A DNA stretch of 64,000 nucleotides, taken from assembly GCA_030390025.1 (NCBI GenBank), contig JASTWF010000369.1:310001-374000 (forward strand), read 5' to 3'. Numbering within the stretch: the first letter of the stretch is position 1; the number at the start of each line of letters is the position of its first letter. A program made the position numbers and the translations under genes. Source of the stretch: Squalus acanthias (taxonomy: Eukaryota). This document shows, piece by piece, positions 23,560-37,574 of this stretch. The notes beneath the pieces were generated by a model, which searched no databases, was not told where the DNA came from, and saw nothing but the letters and a program-made list of their open reading frames with translations.

Positions 23560-26520
23560 TATATAAGCCTATCTCAGATGATTAAATGATTTGATAGATT
23601 AGATAGAAAACATTATTTCCTCTGGTGAAGGAGTCGAGAACAAGGGGACATAACCTATATGAATTATACAGTATTTACAGATCCGATCTTTGTGATTCAC
23701 CACTTCCCGTTTTTTACCAGTCTATGTAGCTGCCCTTAAACCTTACTTTCTATTTCTGGTCAGTAACCAGCTTGCCACAGATTCAGCAACTTGTCCCCTG
23801 ACTCCACATGCTCTGACCTTTATCATGAATCCAGTATGCGGTACTTCATCGAAGGCCTTTTTAAAATCCAAATATAACAGCGACTACATTAACCTATTCT
23901 AATCTTTGCTTCACTTCTTCAAAAATAAATAAGGCTGTTCAAGCATGAAGTTCCTTTATGAAATCCGAACTGATTATTCTTATTATATTTTCGGTTTCTG
24001 GATGTTTATCTATTAAATCTTTCGGTAAATGTTCCATTATATTCCTAGCATCGATGAGAGACTATTTGGTCTACAGTTCCCTGGGCTTATTCGATTAAAA
24101 TATTGTTATAACTTTAGCTGTGCCCCAGTCCTCTATTCCACTATTCTCTTTCCCAATGAATTCTTATATATATGTAATGGTGCCTCTGCTATCTCTTTCC
24201 TATCTTCCTTTAACATGCACGGATTCAATCAATCCGGACCAGGAACTTTAACTTCTCTAATTTAGATTAGTGTATCAATTATCGGCCCTCTTTGTATCTT
24301 ACATGTATTTATATATTTTAATCCCTTCTTCTAATGCCATGTCCACTTTGTTAATCTCCCTGACGAATATTGAGTCAAAGAAGTTGTTATATAAATTTCT
24401 GCCTTTTCGCTGTCGTTGCCTGTGAGTTTATCCGGTGCATCTGTTAGTTAGCTTTCTCACTATCCCGATGTTTATTTTGTTATTTATGTAGCTGTAGAAT
24501 ACTTTAATATTTATTTTTACATTCCATGATAATTTACATTTGTTGTAGTTTTTCTTTCCATCCCTAATTGTTATTTTTCTGACTTCTTAAAAACAATAAA
24601 ATCTAGCCAAAAATGCGACAGCGTGAATGATTAAAGACATAAGGGAAAATTTAAACTAAAGGAAAAAGCGTACAGTAAGTACATAGAAACCAAAGGAGGG
24701 GGCGACTAAAGGCAATGCTAAAAGATCAGGAAAAAAGTTTGCGGCTGATACAAACATTGTTAAAGTAGCAAATAGTGAGAAGGATAGTAGGAGACTTGAG
24801 GAGGATATAGACAGACTAATGAAATGGGCAGACACATGGCAGATGCAATTTACTATGGATCAATGTGAAATCATGCACTTCAGGAGAAACAACATGTAGA
24901 GGCACTATAATCTAATTGAAGCTATTTTTCGGGGGATGCAAGGGCAGAGGGAACTGGCGCTGATTATTCACAAATCTTTGAAGGTGGCAGGGCAAGTTGA
25001 TAAGGCAGGTAGCAAAGCATATGCCAGATGGGATACTTGGCTTTGTAAATAGAGCTAAACATTTAGAAATCTCTTCTTAGAGTTAGAGTATTGCGTACAA
25101 TTCTGGACACCACACTTCAGGAATTATGTCAAGGCCTTTGAGAGCGTATAGAGGCTGTTTGCCAGGATAATAACAGCGACAAGGGAGTTCAGTTATGTGA
25201 AGTGATTGGAGAAGCTGAGATTTTCATCCTTAGAGCAGAAAACATTAAGGGGAGATAGAATGGATGTATTCTGCGGGTTTTTGATAGAGCACGAAGAGAG
25301 AAATTGCTTCCTCTGGTAAGTGGGTCTATAACCAGACGTCATGGATTTAAAATAATTGGCAAAAGAAGTAAAGGGGAAGAGAGGGGATTTTTCCCCCAGA
25401 GGTTTATTCAGATCTGTAACGCACTACCTGGAATGTGGTGGAATTATATTCCTTAAGAATTTTGAAAAGTAAATTGGACAAGTACTTGAATAGGAATAAT
25501 TTTCAGAGAACATGCTGGGGTGTGGGACTAAATTGGACAGCACTTTAAAAGAGACGGCACAGACACGACAGGCCGAATGGCCTCCTTCTGTGCTATAGGT
25601 TTCTTAGATTCTATGATGCTACCTATCTTCCACTATTAGGTGGTGTGTACAAAACTCCTATTAGCGTGATGGACCCCTTCTTATCTTTTATCTCAATCCA
25701 TATGTATTCTGTTTATATCTTTCTGCTAGTTGTGTCCCTTTGTTTCTAATGCCATTTTGTCATGTCTAATTTGTACAGCTACTCCACCCCTTCTTCCTTC
25801 TCCATCCTTTTTAAATATGTTATAACCTGCAATATTTAATTGCCTGTCCTGGTCTTTTTGTAACCATGATTCAGTTATCCCTGCTGTACCTGATTCCTCA
25901 ACCCGAATTATTGTCTCCAGTTCCCCAGTTTTATTCCAGACGGTGTGTGCATCGCTTTGCAGGCAATTTAATTATATTTTTTAATCATTCCTCTCATTTT
26001 ACTTTTAACATTTCGTTTATACTTCTGTGCTACAACTGTATAGGTTCCCTGACCGTTTGTGTTATCTTTATTCCTTACCTTGGTCTTAACTTTACTCTCA
26101 TCTATGATTCCTTATTTCTACTATAACACTCCCCCTGTCTTACTAGTTTAAAGCCTTATCCACAGTCCTGTTTATCCTTTCCGCTTGGACTCTAGTCCCA
26201 TTCCTGTTCAGGTGGAGGCTGTCCCAGTGGTTCAACTCCTTCCTGTCACAATTCAGAAAGTACAGATTAGCTGTTAATGGTTGATGTCCGGAAGCACTTC
26301 TTCACAGAAAGGGTAGAGGAAATCTAGATCACAAAAAGGCTGCTGAGGCTAGGCCAGATGAAAATTTCAAGAACTGAGAATCATAGATTTTTGGGGGTAA
26401 GTGTATTAAGGGATTCAGACCCAGGGCAGATAGATGGAGTTAAGACACAGATCAGCCATGATATAACTGAATGGCGGAACGGGTTCGAGTGATTGACTGA
26501 CCTGTACCAGTTCTGATGCT
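23560..26520. mobile_element. Mosaic of old CR1 fragments in both orientations
   Basis: Minus-strand RT remnants ~23760-24590; plus-strand ADTNI/KWADTWQM to 3' UTR ~24735-25615; minus-strand ORF1-end/EN-start ~25620-26250; plus-strand 3' UTR ~26280-26520. Confidence 0.7.
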
Positions 26521-26574
26521 GATAGAATGTATCATTATGATGTATTATTCTGATGACAAGTAAAGGAAAAAAAG

Positions 26575-26740
26575 GAAAGACTTGCATTGATATAGCACCG
26601 TTTACGACCACTGGTCGTCCTAAAGCGCTTTACAGACAATTAAGTAATTTTGAGGTGTAGTCACTATCGTATTGTAGACAATTTGCGCACAGCAAGTTCC
26701 CACAAACAGCAATGTGATAATGACCAGATAATCTGTTTTA
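26575..26740 (-). mobile_element. DeuSINE (SacSINE1/AmnSINE1-like) 3' fragment
   Basis: Reverse complement of the block at 60838-61010 (AACAGATTATCTGGTCATTATC.CATTGCTGTTTGTGGGA...GTAAAGCGCTTT). Confidence 0.75.
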
Positions 26741-26814
26741 AAATATATTGGGATGTAGAAGTGGGCCAGGGAGCACCTTTCCAGTAAAATAAATACAATG
26801 CATATTATGAATAC

Positions 26815-26946
26815 AAAAGAACGATACTGTGGATGCTGGAAATCTGAAATAAATAAGAAAATGCTGGGAACACTCAGCAGGTCAGGCAGCATCTGTGGAG
26901 AGAGAAACAGAGTTAATGGTTCAGCTCGATGACCTTTCGTTAGAAC
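26815..26946 (-). mobile_element. Penelope-like pLTR fragment, second family
   Basis: Reverse complement of 28245-28380 (TGCTGCCTGACCTGCTGAGT...TTTCAGATTT); degenerate hammerhead at its 5' edge. Confidence 0.7.
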
Positions 26947-27859
26947 TTTACGAATGTTTGTTTTAGAAATTACAACAGTGCAGAAAATCATCATCCAAAA
27001 TTTACAAATTGTACAAATATAAAGAAGACAGGGAGAAAGTGCTGCATTCAGGGATTTTGTTCCAAAAGAGATTATCTTGATTCTGTAAAAAAAAAGATGG
27101 AGCAATTACTTTCCTGTTCTATTGATTTCAAAGGAATTCTTAAAATGATTTTTTCACATACTGTGAAAACAATGAATTAGATATTCACAGGGGAAAATAC
27201 AATTAAGCAGATTTGAAACTAGCACACCTGGCGTGAAACAGAGGGAGCGGCTCGACACTGCACATGTGTGTAAATTATGCGAACGAGGGAACCTGAGCAC
27301 CTCAATTGTTCTTTCTGGGCTGTCGGTGAGACGTGCACACGATGAGTTAAACGCAAAAACTGTTTTCTGCTGAGTATGGGTTGTAAATGGCGTAAGGGGA
27401 TTTCAAAACAAGGAAAGTGGAATAGTAGAATGTGTAAGAGACATTCAGCCGTATTTATAATGATCTGGAAAATGTCAGCTTGGTCACTTGTGTTTAGAGA
27501 ATTTGGAGGAGTTTTTTACGGCAATAAAATGATTAGAACAGTTAGGTGCATGTCTGTTGGGTTTTATGTTGTTATTCTGTTGGCATTTGTATGCATTTTT
27601 CAGGTGCTATGATTTATTGGTGGTATGCATGTCACGTGGTGATCAAAGGTGAAATTTGGTATAAGAAATGTGAGCGAACGACTGTTTAGCAGCTCACACT
27701 GGAATCGTGAAATGTGATTCTCAGCAGCAGCTCATACTGGTTGTGGTGTGAAATTTCAATAAAGACTGATCTTGCATTGGTATAACTGTGTGTGTGTGTG
27801 TGTGTAATTTGTCTTTTAACGTAACGGGACGAAAAATAAAAAGACAGCAGTCCAACATA

Positions 27860-28380
27860 AATGTGCGGTTTGGTCTCCTACACTGTGCCAATGAAGTTCA
27901 ATGTAAACTCGAGGGACGGCTCCTCATCTTTCGATTAAGCACTTTACCGCCCTCTGGACTCAACAACGAGTTCAACAATTTCAGATCATTACCTCTGTCC
28001 CCATTTTTCAGATGGCAATTGTTAATGAATCTGCTATTCCCATTTACACCTCTTCTCGGCCCATCTTTTGTTACTTTACTTGTCCCATTGCCATCGCCTA
28101 TGTCTTGTACAATCATACCTTTTTTTTATTTAATCTCTCCTGCCTTCCACCCTATCACAGACTTTCGCTTTTGTTCTTTCCTCTCCTCCCCACATTCCCT
28201 GCCTATGCACTTGCTTAAAGCCTGTTACATCTCTAACTTTTTCCAGTTCTGACGAAAGGTAATCGATCGAAAACGTTAACTTGGCTTTTCGTTCCACAAA
28301 TGCTGCCTGACCTGCTGAGTATTTCCAGAATTTTCCGTTTTTGTTTCAGATTTACGGAATACGACGAATTTTGCTTTGGT
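27860..28380 (+). mobile_element. Penelope-like 3' end (GIY-YIG C-terminus + pLTR), second family
   Basis: GLLHC.NE.Q.KLE..LLIFRL.TL.PSGLN.EFNNFR; pyrimidine-rich UTR; CTGACGA...GAAAACGTTAAC hammerhead relic at 28245-28281. Confidence 0.8.
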
Positions 28381-28384
28381 GTTG

Positions 28385-29900
28385 CAATGTGGTTGACTCT
28401 TAACTGCCTCTGAAATGGCCTAGCAAGCCAGTCAGTTGTGCCAAACCGTTACGAAAAACAATAATAAGAATAAAACCGGACGGACCACCCGGCATCGACC
28501 ACGGCACCGGCTTCGGACATGAAAAAGGCGCACCCTACCCAGTCAAATCAACATAACCCTGATCGCTGATGCTCAGTTTGAGTTCCGCAAGGACCACGCT
28601 GCTCCACACCTTATTACAGCCTTAGTCCAAACATTTCTACAGGAATTCATTATTGAACCGTTCCAGGTTCAACTGTATTCAGCTGCTTCACCAATGACCT
28701 TCCCTCCATCATAAAGCCACAGTTGGGGCTGTTCGCTGATAACTGCATAGTGTTCAGCTCCATTTTCAATTACTCCGACAATGAAGCAGTCTGTGCCCGC
28801 ATGCAGCAAGACCAGTAGTGATGTCATGAGCTGAGAGGATTGGCCTCCTATGACCCGAACCATCTTCCTTTGTGCCAGGTATGACTGCAGCCAATGGAGT
28901 TTTCCCCTTTCTCCCCATTGACTTCAATTTTATTAGGGCTCCTTGAGGCCACACTTGGTCAAATTCTGCCTTGATGTCAAGGACAGTCTCACCTCACCTC
29001 TCAATTCAGCTCTTTTATCCATGTTTGGAATAACGCTGTAATGAGGTCTGGAGCAGCGTGGTCCTTGCAGAACTGAAACTCCAGGCTTAGTCTGGTTCGT
29101 GTCAAGTAACTTTCGCACTAAACAAGTGCAAGGCAGCGACCGTTTCCAAAAAGAGAGTTTAACCAAATCCCCATGACATTCACTGGCATTACCATCGCCG
29201 CATCCCCCACCATCAACTTTCTGGGGGGCCACCATTGACCAGAAACTCAACTGGACCAGCCATATAAATGTAGTGGCTACTTCAGCAGCTCAGAGGTTGG
29301 GTATTCTGCAGCGAACGGGTAACCTCCTTACCCCCAACACCCCTCCACCACCTGAAAGGCAAAAGTCAGGACTCTGATGAACTACTCTTCACTTGTCTGG
29401 ATGTGTGCAGCTGCCAGAACACTTAAGAAGATCGACAAAGCAGTCCACTTGAAATCCAGGACAAAGCAGTCCACTTGACTGACGGCCCGTACACCACCTT
29501 AAACACCAACCCCTCCACCACCAGCTCACCATGGTTACTGTGTATACTAACTACAGGATGCACTTGAGCAACTCGCCAAGACTTTTTCGACAGCTCCTCC
29601 CAAACTCCCGACTTCTACCACTTCAAACGACAAGTGCTTTAGTTGTATAGGAAAACCACAACCTCCAGGTTCCCCTCCAAGTCACACACTATCACGACTT
29701 AGAAACATATCGCTGTTCTTACATCGTCGCTGCGTCAAAATCCTGGAACTACCTATCTAACAACATTTTGGGATTACCTGCACCACATGGACTGCAGTGC
29801 TTTAAGAAGGTCCATCACCACCTTCTCAAGAGCAACTAGGGATCGACAATAACTGTCGGCCTGACTAGAGATGCCACATCCCGAGAATGAATAAAAATAT
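28385..29900 (+). mobile_element. CR1-group LINE of a distinct family, internally deleted, with an inverted segment
   Basis: QF.FRKDHAAP.LITALVQT, FSCF.NDLPSII...GLFADNC, IDQKLNWTSHIN; 3' end GAATGAATAAAA; minus-strand piece at ~28820-29082. Confidence 0.75.
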
Positions 29901-29909
29901 GAATTTTAA

Positions 29910-30640
29910 GCCCGTTTGCTACCCGTCCACTAATTCAACGCCCGGTAATCTTGTCTAGTAATCTCCTGCGTGGCACCTTCTCAAAGACCTTCTCAAACTC
30001 ACAGTATACCACATCCGCCACATTCCCCCTCGGTGCCATGTCTGTTAACCTTATCAAATTATTCTATGAGATTTGTCAAGCACAATCATCACTTTTGCAA
30101 TTCTGGCTGGCTACTTCTAACTATTGCTCTTTATCTAGATACGCGACAAAATTTCATCCTGAGTGAAATATTTTAAAATCTCCCTACCAGAGATGTTAGT
30201 CTAACTGGTTTGTAATTACAAGGATTATCTCTATGACATTTATGACTCTCCAGTCATCGAACCCACATCCACGCTCAATGGTGCCATGATGTATAAGTTG
30301 TAGGATCTCTGCAATGTCCTCCCTCATCTCATAGGAACATAACAGCATAGGGACATAGGAACAGGAGTCGTTCATTCAGCTCCTTAAGTCTGATCCGCCA
30401 TTCAGTTAGATCGTGGCTGATCTGTACATCATTTCCATGTGTATGTCTTTGCTCCATTTCCCTTGATACCCCTATCCAACAAAAATCTATCGATCTCAGT
30501 CTTACAATTGCCAAGTGACCCCCCAGTATCCAGAGACTTTTGAGTGAAAGAGTTCCAGAGTTCCACTGCCCTTTGTGTGGAAAAAGTACATCCTGATTTC
30601 ATTGGTGAATGGCCTAGTTCTAATTTGCGGAATCTGCCCC
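29910..30640 (-). mobile_element. CR1 fragments
   Basis: Minus-strand KV.EKVPRRRL relic; CR1 3' UTR with CATAGGAACATA tail at ~30330. Confidence 0.7.
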
Positions 30641-33091
30641 TCAGCTTATCTTCCTAAGGATCCCAGGATGTATTAATGGATTTTGGTGCCATCTCATTTG
30701 AATACCACTGCTGATAATGTGCGTCACAATAATCATACCTTGAATGTTTCTAGAGGGGAAAATTCATTTGCTAGACCTGTCTGTGTAAGGAATTTCAGTA
30801 AGTCGCCGATAATAGTGTTGGTACCAACAGTCCGACTGGGGGTCCAGCCCACAGGTTTGTTTCTCCAACTGGACCCCAGTTGCACTGCTGAGCAGATCTG
30901 TGCACCAGGCTCATTCAGCGTCCAGTTGTCTGAGTGGTAGAGAGGTCAGGAGCGAGGAGACTCCCATCATGAGAATTGCCTCCCTCCATCGCACCTACTT
31001 CGGTGTCTCGCATCCTATTTGAGGCAGACAGAGTTCCTGCCCCAATTGGGCCCCTAAGCAATTCGCAGCCTAGTTATGGAGCCCCAGTAATTGGGTTACA
31101 TCGAATTTTCCTGAGGCCGTACTGTAGTCTGGGATGACTTATGCCACGGGGGTACAACTGGCCCGGTGAAAATTCAGCACCTATGTATTTACAAACATTG
31201 ATAGTGCCAATCAAACACTTATATCATCAATATCACATATGTGTAATTGTTAACGTGGAAACATATGAATGAGAGCCTCGCCATAGATTGCTATGACCCA
31301 TGATTCAGTAACTGCATCTTTCAAAGTAACTGAAAAAATCTAAAATAATGTTTAAAAATATTCTCCTGTTCGTGTCCCTCATTACCACAGGGATATGTGA
31401 ATAACAAGGTTCTATTCCCGCTGAGCAGAGGAGTAACATCAGCTGTTTAATCGTTGTTTTACGTGACTGCGACTAATATCAATTATCACCTGACCTAATT
31501 GTCCACTTGACATTTCTCAAAATTATAATTTGGTTTCATTTAAATGCATCCCATTGGTGTAAGAATCACAACAAGAGCTAACTTCGCCTCTAAGAAAATG
31601 GAACGACCTATAATTCCACAGATAGAAGAAATGTTCTATCCTATTCTTGCACTGGTTGGTGTTCCTGGTAAGATACTATAATCAGTTATTCCTTGTTTTG
31701 CCAAGTGTTACTACTCTTGCTGCCGGTCTAATAATGTCATCTGTTCAGATGTATAGTTCTAATTATTGTCAGTGAAATAATTTAATACAAAGCAATCAAT
31801 ACGGCCTAAAATATATGTAAACAGCAGTTTGATTAATGTTAAGCCGGTGCCAATCAATCTGGGTGAATATACTGAGTTCAGTAAACCTGTCACATAGGAG
31901 TCAATGGTCGTCCCACAATCCTATTGTTGTATTAGTTATTCAGCATTAGAACTCAACTTCATTGTAATTTTCAGTTATGTTTTGTTAAGCCATGTTTTTT
32001 AAACGTCAACAGTTTGCATTTATTTAACGCCTTTAACGTAGAAAAACTTCCACAGCGCTGACAACATCCATGTTCCCAATACAGACTTTGAAATAATGTT
32101 GTACACGGTGCACATCTGGTACATCTTCGGGAATTCCTTTTCCAAATTTGCGAACTAAATGATTTTCCGCCTTTTTACATTTCACTTTAATGTAAATGAT
32201 CCAGTGTGTTTATAATCTTGGCTTTTTGCAAAGTGTAATGTTTTCACACATTCCTAACATTTGATGGAGGTGGTTCTTTCAACTAATGAGTCGGGATAGG
32301 AGAGCGGCCTCTCGAACCACACTTCTGGGAACAGCCTAATTCTGCACAGCCAGTTCCATCCAAATAACCCGAGATAGAGGAGCGCACCCTCAATAATCAC
32401 TCAACAAACCCTCGCTCATCCTTGTGCCACGGCGATTATAAGCCCGCCCAATGGGAAGCCCTATATATTAGGACTGTTTCCCTGTTTGATTGGTTTGCAC
32501 TTCGCTTCTGTTTAATTTATGAGCAAGGGCAGTGTCGTGAGATGCCTTCAGGGAAGATGCGCTCCTGTTACTTTCCTCAAACAGCTAATTAAATTATCTG
32601 GAAAAACTCTAAGCTATGGGCCTTTCTTGTTATTTTAAGTAGTTTAATGTAGTGTATAAGTTAACAATTTGAATTTATGTTCTCGCGTATTCTTTATTGT
32701 TTCTCTAAAATTATGCACCTTGTAAATAAAGTCAATTGTGAATGTTGGACCGAGCTGTACAATTTTGAAAAAGAGATGTAATCCACCCCACACAGAGCAC
32801 AGGACGGAGTGACGGAAGACTCCAGTACAAAACATCGCAATAAAAGAGCGGCTGTTAACAAACTGCGGACTGAGTATTCAAGACGGTTCAATGGCGAGAT
32901 AAATTGGGAAACTAATAAAAATTAATCATCCATGATACAAATTCGACATAGTCCATATATAGGATGCGAGGGAAAACGACAAAGTTTAGTCAAAGTCCCT
33001 TAATGTATTTAGATTAACTGTGGGAATTTCAGACAGTCGAATCAACACGCCCACAAGGCATATTCAGCACCTGCATTAGTATTTTGCAATG

Positions 33092-36000
33092 TTATACGAA
33101 CATACGAATTAGGAGCAGGAGTGGGCCACTCGGCCCTTCGAGCCTGCGCCGCCATTCAATAAGATCATGGCTGATCTGATTACTCCACATTCCCGCCTGC
33201 CCCCGATAACTTTTCAGCCCTTTGCTTACCAAGAATCTATGTCCCTCTGCCTTACAAATATTCAAACACTCTGCTTCCACCGCCCTCTGAGGAAGAGAGT
33301 TCCAAAGACTCACGACCCTCTGAGAGAAAAAAAATCTTCTCATCTCTGTCTTAAATAGGCGACCCCTTATTTTTAAACAGTGACCCCTAGTTCTAGATTC
33401 TCCCACAAGAGGAAACATCCTCTTCACATCCACCCTGTCCAGACCCCTCAGGATCTTATATATTTCAATCAAGTCACCTCTTATTCTTCTAAACTCCAGC
33501 GGATACAAGCCTAGCCTGACCAACCTTTCCTCATAAGAAAACCCGCCCATTCCAGGTATTAGTCTAGTAAACCTTCTCTGAACTGCTTCCAACGCATTTA
33601 CAGCCTTCCTTAAATAAGGAGACCAATACTGTACACAGTACTCCAGATGTGGTCTCACCAATGCGCTGTTTAACTGAAGCATAACCTCCCTACTTTTGTA
33701 TTCAATTCCCCTTGCAATAAACAATAACATTCTATTAACTTTCCTAATTACTTGCTGTACCTGCATAGTAACCTTTTGTGATTCATGCACTAGGACACCC
33801 AGATCCCTCTGCACTCAGAGCTCTGCAATCACTCACCATTTAGATAATATGCTTCGTTTTTATTCTTCCTACCAAAATGGACAACTTCACATTTTCCCAC
33901 ATTACACTCCATTGCCAGATCTTTGCCCACTCACTTAACTTATCTATATCCCTTTGTAGCCTCCTTATGTCCTCTTCACAATTTACTTTCTTATCTATCT
34001 TTGTGCCATCAGCAAATTTCGCAACCATACCTTCGGTCCCTTCATCCAAGTAATTTATATAAATTGTAAAAAGTTGAGGCCCCAGCACTGATCCGTGTTA
34101 CACACCACTCGTTACATCTTGCCAATCAGAAAATGACCCATTTATGCCTACTCCCTGTTTCCTGTTAGCTAGCCAATCTTCTATCCATTCCAATATGTTA
34201 CCCACTACACCATGAGCTTTTATTTTCCGCAATAACCTTTGATGTGGCACCTTATCAAATGCCTTCTTGAAATCTAAGTAAAGTACATCCTCCGGTTCCC
34301 CTTTATCCACAGCACATGTTACTTCCTCAAAGAACTCCAATAAATTGGTTAAACATGATTTCCCTTGCACAAAACCATGTTGACTCTGCCTGATTACTTT
34401 GATTTTTTTCTAGATGCCCTGCTATGTCTTTACTAATAGCTTCTAACATCTTCCCTATGACAGATGTTAAGCTAACTGACCTGTAGTTTCCTGCTTTCTG
34501 TCTCCCTCCCTTTTTGAATAAAGGAGTTACATTCGCTATTTTCCAATCTAATGGAACCTTCCCCGAATCTAGGGAATTTTGGAAAATTAAAACCAACGCA
34601 TCAACTATCTCACTAGCCACTTATTTTAAGACCCTTGGATGAAGTCCATCAGGACCCGGGGACTTGTCAGCCCGCAGCTCTAACAATTTGCTCAGTACAA
34701 CTTCCCTGGTGATTATAATTTTCGGGTGTTCCTTCCCCCCTTCCATTTCCTGATTTACAGCTATATCTGGGATGTTACTTGTATCCTCTATAGTGAAGAC
34801 AGATGCAAAATACCTGTTCAATTCAACTGCCATCTCCTTATTTTCCATTATTAATTCCCCAGATTCACTTTTTACAGGACCAACGCTCACTTTGTTATCT
34901 CTTTTCTTTTTTAAATATCTATAGAAACTCTTACTATATGTTTTTATATTTCTAGCTAGCTTTCTCTCGAACTCTAATTTTTCTCTCCTTATTAATCTTT
35001 TAGTCATTCTTTGCTGCTTTTTATATTCTGTCCAATCTTCTGACCTGCCACCCATCTTTGCGCAATTATATGCTTTTTCTTTAAGTTTAATACTATCTTT
35101 AACTTCTTTAGTTAACCATGGATGGTGGGTCCTCTCCTTGGAATTTTTCTTTCTTGTTGGAATGTATATATTCTGTGTATTTTGAAATATCCCCTTAAAT
35201 GTCTGCCACTGCAACTCTATTGACCTATCCCTTAACCTAATGTGCCAGTTCACATTAGCTAGCTCTGCTTTCCTGCCCTCATAATTGCCCTTATTTAAGT
35301 TTAAAATACTAGTCTTGAACCCACTGTTCTCTCTCTCAAACTGAATGTAAAATTCAATAATATTATGATCGCTGCTACCTAGGGGCGCCTTCACTATGAG
35401 GTCATTAATTAATCCTATCTCGTTGCACAATATCAGGTCCAGTAGAGCCTGCTCTCTGGTTGGCTTCAGAACGTGCTGTTGTAAGAAACTATCCCGAAAA
35501 CATTCCATGAACTCCTCATCTATGCTACCTTTGCCCATCTGATTTTTCCAGTCTATATGCAGATTAAAATCCCCCATGATTATTGCCGTACCCTTCTGAA
35601 AAGCTCCCATTATTTCTTCCTTTATACTCCATCCTACCATGTGGTTACTGTTAGGGGGCCTGTACAACACTCCCACAAGTGACTTCTTGCCTTTATTATT
35701 TCTCATCTCTATCCAAACCGCTTCTACATCCTGGTTTCCTGAACTTAGGTCATCCCTCTCTATTGTGCTAATAACATCATTAATTAACAGAGCCACGCCT
35801 CCACATTTTCCCACCTTCCTGTCCTTCCTAAATATCATGTACCCTTCAATATTCAGGTCCCAATCTATGTTATCCTGCAGCCATGTTTCTGTAATGGGTA
35901 TCAGATCATATTTATTTATTTCTATTTGTGCTATCAGTTCATCTGTTTTTTTTCGAATGCTATGTGCATTCAGATGCAGAGCCTTTAGTTTTGTCCTTTT

Positions 36001-36093
36001 ATTATTTTTGTAACCTCTAGCCTTAGCTGTTGGTTTACTCTTAGATTTGTACTCTCTATCCCTTCCTGTCACGGTCTGTTTATCATTTCCCAT
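33092..36093 (-). pseudogene. CR1 ORF2 (APE endonuclease + RT) split by a few stops/frameshifts
   Basis: ITETWL, GGVAL, YRPP, MGDFN, LDL, SDH, SPGPDGLHPRVLK*, NYRSVSLTS, KAFDKVPH, KFADGT and LVRPHLEYC in five successive ORFs. Confidence 0.92.
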
Positions 36094-37450
36094 ATTAATA
36101 CCTTTCTCTATTGCCTTGACTCAAATCTTTGAATTACAACACCTTCCCAAATTTGATCCCATGCCCCTAATATTTAGTTTAAAGCCCTCTCTACCGCCCT
36201 AGTTATACGAATCACCAGAACACTGGACTCAGCACGGTTCAGGTGAGGACCATCCCAACGATACAGATCCCACTTTCCCCAGTACTAGTGCCAGTGCCCC
36301 AGGAATTGAAAGCCATTTCTCCCAAACCAGTCTTTGAGCCACGCATTCATCTCTCTAATTTTATTTACCCTATGCCAATTTTCTCGTGGCTCAGGTAATA
36401 ATGCAGACATTATTACCCTTGAGGTTCTGCTTTTTAATTTAGCCCCTAGCTGCTCATTCTCTCTCAGCAGAACCTCTTTCCTAGTTCTACCTATGTCGTT
36501 GGTACCTACATGGACCACGACCACTGGCTCCTCCCCCTCCCACTGCAAGTTCCTCTCCAGCCCAGAGCAGATGTCCCGAACCCTGGCACCGGGCAGGCAA
36601 CACAGCCGTCTGGACTCTCGCTCTTGGCCGCAGACAACTGTATCTATCCCCCTGACTATGCGGTCCCCAATTAACACTACATTCCTATTAACTCCCCCCG
36701 CTTGAATGGCTTCCTGTATCTCGGTGCCATGGTCAGTTTGCTCATCCACCCTGCAGCCACCGCTTTCATCCATACAGGCCGCAAGAACCTCAAACCTGTT
36801 GGACAATTGCAAAGGCAGAGGCTCTTCCACCTCCTGGGTCCCCATACCTGCCTCACTCGCAGTCACATCCTCCGGTCCCTGACCATTGACCAAATCAGAA
36901 GACCCTATCCTAAGGGGTGTGACTGCCTCCTGGAATAAAGTGTCCAGGTAACTTTCCCCCACCCTGATGCATCGCAGAATCCGCAGCTCGGCCTCCAGCT
37001 CATCAACTCTGAACTGAAGCTCCTCAAGCCACAGACACTTACCGCAGACTTGTTCGCCCTGGATCACACTGGCGTCCAGGAGCTCCCACATACTGCAGTC
37101 GCAACACATCACCTGCCCTGCCATCTTTATTGAGTCTTAATTAATTAATTTTTAATAATTAATAATTAACAAAGCCTACTACACCTAATAAGATTTATTA
37201 CTGCTAGTAAACTAGTACTAATGAAACTTTACAATAACTAATACATTTCCTGAGCTTTAAAAGATAAGGGAAGTGAGCAAAATACTCACCAACCAATCAC
37301 TTACCCTTTTCCCTGTGATGTCACCTTTTATTTTTCTTCAGATGCGGTTGGGGGGTGTCACAAAGCCGAATTCCCGCTGATTCTCTGTCCCCTCTTGTGC
37401 AGCTTTTTAGCTCCTGCTCTCCTGGAAGCAAACTCGCAGCTTAACACTCT
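33095..37450 (-). mobile_element. Near full-length CR1 LINE, antisense in the intron of GPCR copy 2
   Basis: ORF1, ORF2 (EN+RT), 3' UTR and tail (TACGAACATACGAA at ~33095) all collinear; 5' boundary approximate. Confidence 0.93.
36175..37124 (-). pseudogene. CR1 ORF1 (zinc finger/leucine zipper + SGNH esterase), premature stop at 36285-36287
   Basis: C..C.MWE...C.KC, LSNRFEVL, IGD.IVR, CLPGA, VHVGTND; the DG.HLN motif lies downstream of the TAG. Confidence 0.88.
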
Positions 37451-37574
37451 GTTCCGATCTGCACTTCGAACATTCATTGAACGATTAAATGATTTATTGA
37501 TTCATTCATTCATTCATTGATTGTTGATTCTTGAATTTTTGATTCCGGGATTCACCAATTCATTGATTAATTTG

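Noticed and set aside
27160..27850. Possible solo LTR (TG start, AATAAA, TG-rich end)
   Set aside because: No clear TG...CA boundaries, TSD or second copy in the window.
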